DNA of 63,908 nucleotides, filler included, from Neolecta irregularis DAH-3 (lineage: Eukaryota), in assembly GCA_001929475.1 (NCBI GenBank). It is 5 parts of 5 records of this genome, joined end to end, with 100 filler letters (N's around TTAATTAATTAA, not from the genome) between each part and the next. Parts side by side here need not be neighbours in the genome. Positions count along the whole stretch, not along the records: positions 1 to 21,845 come from LXFE01000155.1; positions 21,946 to 53,279 come from LXFE01002362.1; 3 more parts are not named here. The stretch is one strand, 5' to 3'. Positions 11,797 to 23,672 of the stretch are shown one piece after another. The position numbers and the translations under genes are program-made. Under the pieces are notes generated by a model that worked only from the letters and a program-made list of their open reading frames with translations, was not told the origin of the DNA and ran no database searches. The stretch's first letter is position 1; each line of letters starts with the position of its first letter.

Positions 11797-13649
11797 TTAT
11801 AGTGTTGTGGCTAGTAATTCTGTTACATATACATTGAGCGATTCGTTTATAGCCGCAATACGTAAAAGGTCTCGTTCAATGAGTTTAAAAGCATCTATGG
11901 AAGACCTTGATTTACTTAGATTGCGAAGGACAAGGGAAGCAGTTAATGCCAACCCAACAGGTTGGCCTCGTTCATCGACAGCTGTGCGATACGAGTGTAC
12001 TACTACATCTGTCGAATCTTTATTTGATACTGAAGGTGCGTCAGAGTCGTGTGGGATATGTGTTTTTAAATGAGTAATGGTGACGGAACGGGTTGCTTCT
12101 TCCCCGTCTTTGAATCTTTCGCAGCCGGCCCATTGACATGGTCGTGTCGATACAAGCGTAGATTCGATGTGGCGGTCCATGATATGCCTTAATAAATCTT
12201 TAGAATCCATAAAGAGACCGTTACATGGAGCCCAATTTGTTTGTTGGCTTGTCCATGAGCAGTGAAGGAATTTGTTGCCGTTGACTGTTAATGGAGAATC
12301 GCGAGGACGGAGACCCTTTAGTATAAATTTTTGCTGTCCGTCTGGGGACGGTTCGACGAGAGCTACGACGGCGGAGAACACGACGGAAACATTCTTGATT
12401 ACGTCTGCTGGTTTTAAGAGGGGATGACTTTGAGCATAAGGTTGAAATCGCAATTGGTAAGACTGCCATAACGAAACCTGGGTAACAAAGTCATCTAGCG
12501 ATTCTTTGTAGCACACGCGCATCCTAGAGCAATTTAGAAAAGCAAATACAAGAATTTCACCATCTAAAAGACCGCTCTGGCTCGGGAAAATTCAACAGTT
12601 CAGTGATCAAATCTGGGGGCAAATCAGGAGGCCCAGAGGGAACAGACTTTGTATTCTGACCGGGTCTCTGTTGTAGGGGTCTGCGTTCTTGGAAATTCTG
12701 GGCGTTATGAAGGAGTAAGCGAACCAGGGACTGAAAGAATGCTGTACATCCTGGGGAATCAAGGAGGGATCCAACATTGTTCAAGTAAGAGGTGTACTGA
12801 TAGAAAAAGTCGAGGCATGCAGAAACCAGATCTTCGTCCTGGAGGGTGAGGAGCAAGATGAGACGGTTTAAGGTTGATTGTTTGATGTTTTGCAATAACA
12901 GGTGGTCGTCATCATGTATCGCGAGCCTGGAAAGAGACCGCAAGGCGGTAATCAAGAAAACGCGATCTTCGTTGTCTAAAAGGTCTGCCAGATGGATGTA
13001 AAAGGTGTCGAGGGGGGATTGGCGGGTGATGTATAAACTGATTGCTTCGGTGACGTCCATGATATTTTGTTTTAGTTCGACTAGTTCTCGATGTTGAGGG
13101 AGAGCCATGGCGCGTGCGAGGACTCCTTTGGCCTGTGGAATAGAAGCGAGGTATCTTGCATTGTCTCTTTGCAATGCGCAGTTTCGCAAGACTAGAGTTG
13201 CTTCGAGGACTTTATCCATTTGAGTTTGGGCGGCAGGTGTAGACAAGACGGTCTCTATTTCTGCATCGTCGAGATCTGCGGGAGACTTGGGGTGGTCTAG
13301 TGAGAGTGCGTGCAACATGATCCAGAGGGAGTCTACTTTTGAGAGGAGAGTTTCTGAAAGGTCTGGGATTTGCTCGAGACGGAGACCGTCGCCAGCTTCA
13401 AAGGAAAAGCGAACGAGGTGACGCATGGCCCAGTCTATTTCAGCCGACAAACCTGATTTCAGGGCGAGGGCGATACGCATCATCAAGGGCGGTCCGGGTA
13501 AACCGGCTCAGAGTTATAGGGATTATGAAGAGGAAGTACCACCAAATATTTGGTTGCCATTGCGTGTGTGCAATGATTGGGAGAATCCTCTATTAAGGGC
13601 GGCGGTTTGGACGGGGACTGGAGTGATAAAAGAGCCGCCGTCGGGCATG
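11797..13649 (-). CDS. RSC9: RSC chromatin-remodelling complex subunit Rsc9 (5' end unclear; no intact ARID domain seen)
   Basis: GPPLMMRIALALKSGLSAEIDWA, VLEATLVLRN, LDFFYQYT, an RFX-like segment (QVSLWQSYQ...ADVIKNVSVVF), C2H2-like motifs and ALTASLVLRNL. Confidence 0.88.
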
Positions 13650-13842
13650 ATAATATTGGAGGATATAGAGGACAATATTGGGGGACAATATTGGTGGATA
13701 TATTGGAGGATATATTGGTGGATAATATTGGTGTGGAGGTTTCGCCTTTTTGACAGATGCCAATCAAGCCAGCCAGATTTCGAGGAGGCTGGGCAGGACT
13801 ACAGGCCATCGGTCTGCATTGTTGAGGAACCTTTTTTCTTCG

Positions 13843-14490
13843 CTTTTCTGCACGAGTCTATTATTACGACGTGGCCTAAAGCCAAGGAAGCGCAGAGTGT
13901 TGCTGAAAAGGTGATTACACTGGGGAAGAAGGGATAAAACAGGGGCGGGGTGATGGCCAAGTTATTTGTACTAGATGTTACTGGATGGTTGCTGATGGCA
14001 GGATCATGGGCGGACGTTGCCCAAGGTGTTTAGCGAGCTTGCGGAGCGGTGCCAGGAGCGACCCGGGGGTATACGCGGGTGCTGCGGCTGCCGCCCCGAT
14101 ATGGGGGCAGTGCGCCGCAGGCTATTCTTGAGCTTGTGGACGGGCCCCGGGATATGTTGATGACGGCGGCGAGAACCAGGGAGTACTCTGCGATCGTTGC
14201 AAGGCGGGCGACGGAAAAGAGCAGGGAGTTTCCCCGGGGTGGAGGGTTAGAGGATCACGAGTAAATGAATTATTGGATTTATATCCAAGAGGGACTAGGC
14301 GAGAATGACCAGCAGCCACCCAAGGGCGAGGCGCGAGTATGCAGAAGAGAGGGCAGCCGCATTTTTAGCGGAGCCGCCAGTGGTTTGCCCGCTGCGGCGA
14401 GCAGTGAAGCAAAAGGGGAGTCCGAGGCCGCGGAAGAACCCTTTGTTGCGGAAGCCGGGGCAGCACTTGTGGAGGCGTCTTTGGACACAC
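13843..14490 (+). pseudogene. MRPL8: Mitochondrial ribosomal protein bL17m, N-terminally truncated with a stop and frameshifts (pseudogene or misassembly)
   Basis: FLHESIITTWPKAKEAQSVAEKVITLGKKG*, LPKVFSELAERCQERPGG, then a frameshift to YTRVLRLPPRYGGSAPQAILELVDGPRDM. Confidence 0.75.
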
Positions 14491-14494
14491 TCGC

Positions 14495-14585
14495 AGGCTT
14501 GATACAAGCAATCATGTATGTGATTGCATTTCCTCCAAGCGAATCTTGAGGCAGCCTTGTGAGCTTTGAGTCATGATAATTATGG
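14495..14585 (-). pseudogene. Isolated kinesin motor-domain fragment
   Basis: YHDSKLTRLPQDSLGGNAITYMIACIKPA matches the kinesin YRDSKLTRLLQDSLGG motif. No other motor-domain sequence is seen around it. Confidence 0.8.
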
Positions 14586-15554
14586 AGACACCTTGCTGCT
14601 TTGCGATTCATGAATCCCTTGTGAATCGATATGGATTCTATACATCACTGCATACTGTGTTCTCTAACCACTCTCAATACTCAGATTCCTACTTAGTGTT
14701 TGTTTTTGGTGTCAACGGGTAGTGCTATCCTTCCAGAACCTTTCTTCAACGGTTTTGCTAATTTATTAAGGTAGCTACGCGTTGAAAAGAAAATAAATGT
14801 GTGAGCGTTGGGTGTCCGGACTTGCTGCTCAGGAGGCTTCGCTGGGAATATACGATCGCGATTCTGGAAATACAGGCAACTACGTATATTATTGCTCCGG
14901 TTTGGCCTGGCTTGATTAGCAAGCCAGGCCCTACTTATAGAAGACCGCACATGCGCTTCCTCATCTCTGTTTGCCTCCCTGCATACCACTCGGGTAGCAA
15001 AGATTGTGAGCGTCCTGACTTGGCTCGATGGTACTGCTAGCCACAGTCAGGCTGACGTCAGTGAGTCTTGAACCGTTGGGGGAGTCATGGTGGCTTGCAA
15101 TGAGTGGTGCCGGTGCTGTCTGATCGTGGGGCATGATTCAGTCCCCAAAAAGATACCACAGAACGCGAATCCGGCATCTGTTCAACATTGCAAAAATTCT
15201 TCGCTCAGCATCTCTGAATAACAATGACATACATAGTTTCCTTCACTCAAAGTAACTGCCGCACTACCGAGATATCAATCCAAGTCTACGAGCGACATAA
15301 ATAGAACACCCGAACGCTCACAGACGGAGATTATGGCATCTCAACATTTGTTTAACAAATCAACCCGTCACCTTTAAATTAATGGAAAGCTTACTCAGCC
15401 AATTTTGAATTTTGAATGTTGCACCGCGGGATTTTGGTAGCCATAATCTGCAAAGAGAATATATAAAAGCTTTGCACCATATTACAAATATTGAGGAGTA
15501 ACAGAGAGATAAATCCTTTCAAAATAAAACACATCTTAATACCAGTGTGATATC

Positions 15555-16311
15555 CTAAGTGTCAAATTGCGATGGTCCCCCGAACAAATTGGTTGCTTTA
15601 TTCTTGAGTCTTTCAAACAAGGATTTAGGCTTAGGGGGCGCATAATTTAGTGCGGGTCCTAGAAGTTCAGGAATTTGTTCATCCGGCAAGATTATTTTAA
15701 CATGTTTGCAACCTTTTATCTTTGCTTTATCCAACGACCCGAAAGAACGTACCGTCGTAGACTCTCCGTTGCAAACGTAGAATTTGCGATTGTTGTTGCC
15801 GTCAAACGTCGTTATTTCAAGACCTCTAGTTTTTGAATCGAAGAGACAAGGGATTGCTAATTCGACTGGGGTGGAGAAAGAAAGCTCACCAGAAGGAGTG
15901 ATATCTAGGCATCCCTGATTCTGAAGGCAAAGGCGGACATTTTGCATATAAAACTCTGCTGGAGGATCACCACCAATGGCTACTGACGAATCACGGGCAC
16001 TCAAAACCCGAACTGGAACAAAGCTCTGGGAAACCCCCAAATCTAAAGTATGAGATTGAAAATGAGATATCGGTGCTTGCGGAATGGAGTCAAGTCTGCA
16101 ATCGCAACGCTCATCTAGCTCTATAACTTTTGAGAAAAACACCAAGATATTTAAATACTTGAAAATTGGTTGATTTGCAGGTAATATCTGTGACACAAGG
16201 TGAAGCTAGGTTCAATAGCTGTTTCTTTGACCTAAAATATTGTTGAGAGCTGAGCACGATCGTGTCTCTGGAGACCAAATTGTAGACCTTAGGAGTAAAG
16301 TTGAAGTCCAC
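15555..16311 (-). CDS. Hypothetical protein (probably two or more exons; start unclear)
   Basis: 213-codon ORF plus an upstream ORF joinable through a short GT-AG intron near 16125-16160. No recognisable domain. Confidence 0.5.
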
Positions 16312-16315
16312 GGAG

Positions 16316-16497
16316 GGAAATGCTTCTTATAGCCACAAGCGGCGGGAAAAAAAGAAGAGGAAAAAGGGAAGAGAAAGCCCGGACGCAGCGAAATGCAATG
16401 CCAATCCGGAAATGCTTCTTATAGCCACAAGCGGCGGGAAAAAAAAGAGGAAAAATTAAAGAGAAAACCCGGAAGCAGCGAAATGCAATGCCAATCC
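16316..16497. repeat. Tandem duplication of a ~91-bp unit
   Basis: ggaaatgcttcttatagccacaagcggcggg...gcagcgaaatgcaatgccaatcc at 16316-16407 and 16408-16497. Confidence 0.95.
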
Positions 16498-17267
16498 TTC
16501 CGGAACAAGTAAAGGATTGATAGAATTAGGAAATGTCGGGGGATATTTGCATATTCGATCTGAATACTAGAATGTGGAACTGTACGTACAAACTAAATAC
16601 TCTTTCACGTGACACTGGGGGCTTAGAAATCGGTGCGCCACAGGGATCTGTGATAGGGCAGGTAATACTCTGCAGGTGAATGACCAGGACAGTAATATGG
16701 AGGAGATGCAGGATTCTGCAGGGGGAATATTCATTTGACCCAGGCAGTCAACAGTATTGTGAGTTTATGGCCAAAAGTCTAGAAACAACCTAAATCCTCC
16801 CAGTCATATGGTTCCAGGAGACTGCCAGTGACACCAGACTATGTTGGTGGATGACTGGTGCTGCCTGCACTTGTCTGCAATCTCTGACATGACCAGTGCA
16901 CAGGAACAGCATGGAGTTTGGTGACAGTGGCGGATTAGTTATTAGTAATGCCATGTTCATTTATAATTGAAATAAAGCAGACATTTTGGTTGACGAGTGT
17001 TTTTGTGATCGCATTGGGAATAGGTCTGGACTATATTTCTTTCTTGAGACTCCGACAAGTCTCAAATAAAAAGTTTGAATTTATGATTTCTTTCTCGCAT
17101 TTTTCACGAATATTGCAAAAGAAAGTTAAAAGTAGTGTGGCGCCTCGCGCGACGAAAAATCAGAATCTGTCATAATCATCTAATATTGTTAATAATTGGG
17201 TAAATCTGGTGGTTGGCTAACGCACCTTTGAAAAAAGAAAAAGGGAAAAAAAAGATTTGGGGACGAC

Positions 17268-19001
17268 ATGGCGACGTTATTACCGCCTCCACCCAAACGA
17301 GCGCGAATCGAAGCTCAGAAACCGCGTGATATAGATATACCGAGTGATCCAGGGGCCGTGCTATGTCGTTTTCGCGCGTCGGATACGGGAGAGGTAATTG
17401 GATCGACTGTTCGACTTGCTGGAAACGTGACTGTAAAACAACTCGAGTTGTTGGTAAACCAATTAACAGGGACTGTACCGCGCCCTTTTATTTTGAAAAA
17501 GGTTAAAGAGTAGACTGATGATCCTCTTCAATTTACGTTTTCGCTTGCTGGGCCGGATGATTCGCCTGTGGTAGATGTACTGGAAAACATATACACCGAC
17601 ATTTTACAACCGGGATATAAGAGTACCGAAGATCTGCTTACGTTGGTGTATACTCCGCAAGCTGTATTTCGCGTTCGTGCAGTAGGGAGATGTGCCTCGT
17701 CGATAAGCGGGCACTCTTCTGAAATTTTGACAGCGCAATTTGGACCGAATGGATCAGAGAGATTGGTTACTGGCAGCGGAGACGGTACAGCTCGGATATG
17801 GGACTGTCTGACGCAGACGCCGTTGTATACTTTAAAAGGTACATTCCCACGCATCCAGGTATTCACACACAGGTCACACTAATTGGGTTCTTTGCGCGTC
17901 TTGGTCTCCTGATGGAAATATTGTTGCAACGGGGAGTATGGATAATACTGTACTCGATTGCAATTGTTTCGACTAATTACAGGTACGACTATGGGATCCA
18001 AAGACGGGTAAAGCATGCGGAGAACCATTAAAAGGACACGTTCGAAATATATTTTCTTTAGCATGGGAACCATATCATCTGTGCGCATATTTGTATCACA
18101 ATCTAACATTAGAACTAAACACGGCTCGTCTCCTCGTTTGGCGTCTGGTTCAAAAGACGGGATGATTAAAATCTGGGAAACGACAATTCGACAATGCCAA
18201 TTTACGCTGTGCGGGCATACGAGTGCTGTATCGTGTGTCAAGTGGAGTGGTAAAGGGCTGATAATATCTTCGTCCCGAGATAAATCTATTAAAATCTGGG
18301 ATTCAAAAGACGTTTGTTTCCTGTGCCTGTGGATGTTGATGGTATAGGGGAAATTAGTTCACACGTTGACGGCTCATTCACATTGGGTAAACCATATTGC
18401 GCTTTCAACCGAGCACGTATTACGACTAGGACCATTTGCCGATCGACGCTGTTCATCTGATTCCGGGGAAGCGCCCCAACAACGAGCGCTCCGAGTATGG
18501 GAGAAAGCAGCTCAAATCGGAGGTTGTTTTGAAGAACGGTTTGTCACTGGCAGCGACGATTTTACCATGTTTTTATGGGATTTAGCAAAGGGGACGAAAC
18601 CTGTTGCTAGAATGACTGGACACCAGAAATTAGTTAATCATGTCTCTTTTTCGCCTGATGGACGATACATTGCCTCTGCGTCATTTGATAATAGTGTCAA
18701 ACTATGGGACGGAAGAGACGGAAAGTGCGTCAGATAATTACAAGATGCTGATTTTAGGTTTATTGCTACGCTTCGGGGGCATGTAGCTGCGGTCTACCAA
18801 TGTGCATGGTCTAGCGATTCACGTCTCCTCGTATCCAGTTCCAAAGACACGACTCTCAAGGTCTGGGATATACGTACTCGCAAGCTCAAAACCGATCTTG
18901 CGGGCCATCAAGATCAAGTTTACGCTGTAGATTGGTCGGTTGACGGTGAACTGGTAGCATCGGGAGGTCGTGACAAATCAGTTCGTTTATGGAGACATTA
19001 A
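17268..19001 (+). CDS. RSA4: Ribosome assembly WD40 protein Rsa4/Notchless
   Basis: MATLLPPPPKR, NLE domain, YTPQAVFRVRAVGRC, multiple WD40 repeats (GHQKLVNHVSFSPDG) and C-terminal VRLWRH. Confidence 0.96.
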
Positions 19002-19004
19002 GAG

Positions 19005-19160
19005 TATCAACAATCGCCAGGTCTCATTCCAACAGCTTTATCATATCAAACAATCGCCAGGTCTCATTCCAAACAGTTATCATATCAAACAATCGCGGGG
19101 TCTCACTCCAAACAGCTTTATCAACATATCAAACAATCGCCAGGTCTCATTCCAAACACC
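19005..19160. repeat. Four tandem copies of a ~38-bp unit corresponding to the RCY1 C-terminal coding sequence
   Basis: atatcaaacaatcgccaggtctcattccaaacag repeated four times. The last copy is the RCY1 coding end. Confidence 0.92.
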
Positions 19161-21231
19161 GCTTTATCAACATCCTTGGCTACATGGATCCAATCCGCCC
19201 TTTTTGTAACAAATTCATAAAGGTCATCTGGTGTGAAAACTCCCCCAAATCGAAGGGAATCGTCGACCACACCAGCCAAAGTAGTTGAATCAGAAGCGTC
19301 TATTAGGAACAATATTCCGAGTTCTTTTAGGGCGTCGAAATATGGCGTTAGGCCTTTTTGTCGCAGGGACATTGCGAATGAATGGTATAGAGCCAGGTCG
19401 CTATATTTAGCGTGCGATATTATTTGTTCATACCTATTTAGTCGCAAGGCTCCTTGGTAACTTATGGTTTGGCGTTTAATGTGTTTACATATGGACTGAA
19501 ACAATCTGATTCCGACTTCCTGGAAAAAGACGTCGAGAGTGTATTTATCCGTGCTCCCGACCAATATTTTCGTATGGGTAGTGAGACATTCTACTGATGC
19601 TTTTGCAGCGGGAGTAGCTTCGAGATTAATGTTTATACAAGTCGGGTTATAATCCGAGGGTAGTTGTAGCGTTGTCAAAAGGACTTGAACTTGCGTGATT
19701 AATACCTGTATTTAGATACAAGGCAGGGGGGAGGGGTACGTCGATGCCGCGGTTTAGACCTGTGGCTACGCGTTCATCTATCAATTGTTCGAATTTCTTC
19801 TTTTCTTTCACAGCCGGGTTCAAAAAATCGTTACAATCAATCAAGTGTTTCTAGAGTTAGTTGGGACTTGCCGTTGTGGCACCATTTCTTGCTGATAAAA
19901 GAGGTCGATCATTTGTTGGATTAAATCGCCAATGTGGACTAATTCGAGGAATCTGACGAGGGGTTGTACGGCGTAGTGGTGGGACGAGTCATTGGAAGAG
20001 TATAGCAGCATGTGCTGAATGGCCTTGTCAAAACCTACTTTAATATGGCGATTTCCGAGCATGTCTAAGAGCGTGGTGAATATTTCTTCGCATTTGATCA
20101 TTCTAAGAATTAGGGTTACCTAGGAAGAGTGCGGACGTGCGGGCTGCGACGGGACCGTCTAGGGTGATAAAGTGGTTTGCGCGATCCAGAGCTTCCCTTC
20201 CAGCGTTTACAATGTTTAAAGCGATTTCGAGGCTGAAGAGGGATTTTATTCCTTCGAGACGAGCGTTTAGGATTTCTGTTTGGGCTGCGAGTTCTGTTGG
20301 AGGAGATGCTGAGGGGAGGTTGACTGGGGCGAGGATGGAAACCGGGGTGAGGATTGCCTTTTTGAACGAGGCGAGAAAGTTTCGTTTTACGACGTCGTGG
20401 TTTGCGTTGTACAAGAGAGATTCAGTAGCGGCGGCTTCGAGCTCGATCTGGAAAATGAACAGCTGAGGGAGGGAGATTCACCTTTTTGTCCCACGAATCT
20501 ATCTGGTCTTTGCACCGGGCGCAAAAGTAGTCCAGTTCTTTTTGCAGGTAGTGGTCGAGACCGGGGGCGAAGAGAGCGGCAATGGACGACTTTACGTGTT
20601 TTTTAAAGGTTCTGCTGGCGGCGGGGGAGTCTACAAAGGCGTTGTGGATGCGCATGGACTGCTGGAAGCAGGCTACGACGATGTGGAGGTACAGGGGGGT
20701 GTCGAGGGGGGCGGCGTGGGCGATGAGGGTTGCGAGGTAGGGCTGGAGCACGGCTTTGAGGAAGCGGTCAAAGAGCAGGGAGAGGGCGTTGAGGGAGGGC
20801 GGGAAGACGGCGTGGACGATGTCTACCTGCTTTGCTATTTCCTTGACGGCGCGGTCGACGAAATCGAGCATTGGCTGGAGGGAGGGGGCGCGGGAGCCGG
20901 CGTCGCGGGAGGCGGCATCGATAGCGACGGCGTCGATAGAAACGGCGTCGAAGCTGTATTCAGCAGGCGCAGAGAGGCGGCGCACGTCAGACAGAGGAGC
21001 GGATCGAAGCGGTCAAACTTGTTGAGCGGGTTGATCTGCAGAAAGACTTTGGCGATGGACTGGCCGCCGTCGAGGTTGACGAGGACGGCGGCGGCGCGCT
21101 TCATCTGGCCGTGGATGTCGCCGCGGCGGTAGGCCCTGGGGTGAGCATCGGGGCAGCGGCAGGCAGACGGTACTCTGTGAACTGCTGGAGGGCGGCATGT
21201 TCAAACTGGAGCGTTTCCCAGTCGGGCGTCA
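19121..21231 (-). CDS. RCY1: Recyclin Rcy1/Pof6 (Sec10-like domain, C-terminal CAAX); N-terminal F-box region not present
   Basis: KRNFLASFKKAIL, IKSLFSLEIALNIV, FLELVHIGDLIQQMI, KKKFEQLIDERVATGLNRGID, YEFVTKRADW and terminal CLIC*. Confidence 0.85.
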
Positions 21232-21276
21232 TGTCGGAGGTTGGAGCTCATTCACACTTCTATACATCTGGGTAGG

Positions 21277-21477
21277 AGACTTGGACTTGGACTTTAGCTT
21301 CAACTTTAGCTTTAGCTTCAGCTTCAGCTTCAGCTTCAGCTTCAGCTTCAACCTTAGCTTCAACTTCAGCTTCAACTTTAGCTTCATCTTCATCTTCATC
21401 TTCATCTTCATCTTCATCTTCATCTTCATCTTCAGCTTCATCTTCATCTTCATCTTCAGCTTCATCTTCATCTTCAG
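21277..21477. repeat. Compound hexanucleotide microsatellite (CTTCAG/CTTCAT/CTTTAG)n
   Basis: Seen directly in the sequence. It generates spurious KM/KL and FI/FS ORFs. Confidence 0.97.
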
Positions 21478-21501
21478 TACTGGACTGCAGACTCGGACTG
21501 A

Positions 21502-21845
21502 CTACATCTGCGAGTACCGCTGCTTGGCACGCTCCTTGACATCCGCGACATACTCGCCATACGTGTCAAAGCCCGCCGCGCGCTTGGCTCCAGCTGCGCC
21601 GAGCCCCGCGCCGGCCGCGTAGACCTGCGCCTGCACCGGCTCCACGCGGCCCTGCATTGCGCTGCCCAGCCCGCGCCCGGCCGTCCAGCCCATCTTGCCC
21701 AGCAGCTGCGCGCCCTTGTCTGGTGCGGGTGGTTGGTCTGCTTCTTTATCTTTATCTTTTTCCCTTTCCCGCTCCCTTTCCCGCTCCCGCGCCGGCCGCT
21801 CCGGCTGCCGGTGCGCCTTGCGCCGCTCCTGCGCGCGGTCAGATC
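21502..21845 (-). CDS. 3' end of a G-patch RNA-binding protein (RBM5/RBM10-like), truncated by a gap
   Basis: AQERRKAHRQPE...KGAQLLGKMGWTAGRGLGSAMQGRVEPVQAQVYAAGAGLGA...AKQRY. Confidence 0.8.
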
Positions 21846-21945
21846 NNNNNNNNNNNNNNNNNNNNNNNNNNNNNNNNNNNNNNNNNNNNTTAATTAATTA
21901 ANNNNNNNNNNNNNNNNNNNNNNNNNNNNNNNNNNNNNNNNNNNN
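21846..21945. other. Assembly gap with artificial six-frame-stop linker
   Basis: N run, TTAATTAATTAA, N run. Confidence 0.98.
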
Positions 21946-22637
21946 CTGCCCTTGATTAAAAGAATGGACAGCTTGCTATTATGATCACAGACTACGTCAT
22001 CCACCATTGTCGATATTTTTTCGCTGTATTATGTGACTGTTTGGAGAACAATCATAAAGAAACTTGAATTTTTCACCAAGTTCTTACTCAATATCAACAT
22101 GGGGCATTTAGTTTGGCCAGAGGGCACCTTAAGTCTCAACCTCTTCGTTCATCCCCATATTTCAAGCTTTTCTCTCTAAAAGTAATCTAAAGATCTAATT
22201 AAATTTACTTGGACATTATACTTGTGAAAATCTAAAATCCCTACAATTGTTGTCTTTCTTTTATACTCAAGTGAGTCTGTGTAAAAAGAAGATGTGAAGG
22301 CAGTGGTGTCGACAAACGTATATTTAAAACATCGATTGTTCCCTACTTGATAATCAGACATTGTATAACTATTTCAAGGTATAAATCAATCATCTTATAA
22401 TCATAATCATCGTATAACTATCAGTCATCCTATGGAAGCATTACCGGTCATTTTATATAAGGATCACTAGTCATCCTATATAATAACCATCACAGTTATT
22501 CTATACAAGCGTCATCGCAGTATCAATGTAACAACAGAGGAAGGGATTGGGTTCAGAAACTTTCATGAATTCGAAATGCGAAGGGGGAAGATAAGGTTAT
22601 CGAAGGTTCGAAAAAAGCCTCTCCACCTCTATCTCAG

Positions 22638-23291
22638 ATGCTTGTTCCAGAATTTGCGATTCCGGGCCAACAGCTAACATCTACGACCGAATACATGCCT
22701 GGTCCAGGGACATACCAATCCGCGTCTCAAATCTACTCTTCCTTACTGGGAAAAACTCTAATTGAAACCCAGAAATCGAATACCCCTTTATTGCCGATAT
22801 TATCCGTGATACCGAACTCCCCTACGTCAATATTACCCGAAGTAAACAGCGTAGTACTGGGGAAAGTTACAAAAATAACAAATAAACAAGCCAATGTGCA
22901 GATTTTAACCATGGGCGATCGGCCACTAAAAGGCGAAGTACTTGGGATCGTGAGGCAACTTGCAGTAATGCGTGTTGAAGCTGAACAATAAGGACGCAAG
23001 ATGTACGGTCGCTGGATAAAGATAAAGTGAAAATACATGCGAGTTTTCGGCCAGGAGATATTATTCGTGCACAAGTGGTACGTATGTATTAACTCTCTCC
23101 TGTTGAAACAACAGATATCGTTAGGCGATGGGCTAAATTACTTTTTGTCAACAACACCTCTCGAATGCGGTGTTCTTCTTGCAAAGGCAGACGAAAGCAA
23201 AGAGTTGATGGTTCCCATCAGTTGGAAGGAGATGAAATGCTTGAAAACGGGAATCGTAGAGGAAAGGAAAGTCGCGAAACCACCGATATGA
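22638..23291 (+). CDS. CSL4: Exosome cap subunit Csl4
   Basis: AIPGQQL...[38 protein letters not shown] and [11 protein letters not shown]...EERKVAKP. Confidence 0.95.
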
Positions 23292-23672
23292 TGTTGCAAA
23301 ACTCCTATATTTGACAAAACCGTTGGTTTGTTTCACCAACATATGTGTATTTTCCTGTCAATGGTGACCTGAGATTTGAATTTGATATCACGCGAGCTAT
23401 GTAGTTTTCGAGCTATAGTTTGTATATCATTTGCAATCCCCGTGACAGATGACTCTCAGCCATACCCAAACCACTTTCCTATAATATCGGTTGATAATAT
23501 GCACTCATGAATGCGCTTGCTCGCCTTTGCAGACCGTGAATGCCCCAATAATCCTATCCTTTGATCGCTGAGATGTTCATTGTCTGTAAGTGCGACAAAT
23601 AGCTAGATAGTGGCATATAAATAACCCGCCGCCAGTCTAGGCTGCTGTCCTTTCCTCATTCTCTGGCTTATC

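Noticed and set aside
19005-19160. 38-bp repeats as a CRISPR-like array
   Set aside because: No unique spacers, the unit derives from the RCY1 coding end, and the context is eukaryotic.
21197-21622. ORFs with KM/KL or FI/FS dipeptide repeats
   Set aside because: Translation of a hexamer microsatellite.
21846-21945. TTAATTAATTAA palindrome inside N runs (also at 53280, 61257 and 62625)
   Set aside because: Identical artificial contig linker with stops in all six frames; not biological.
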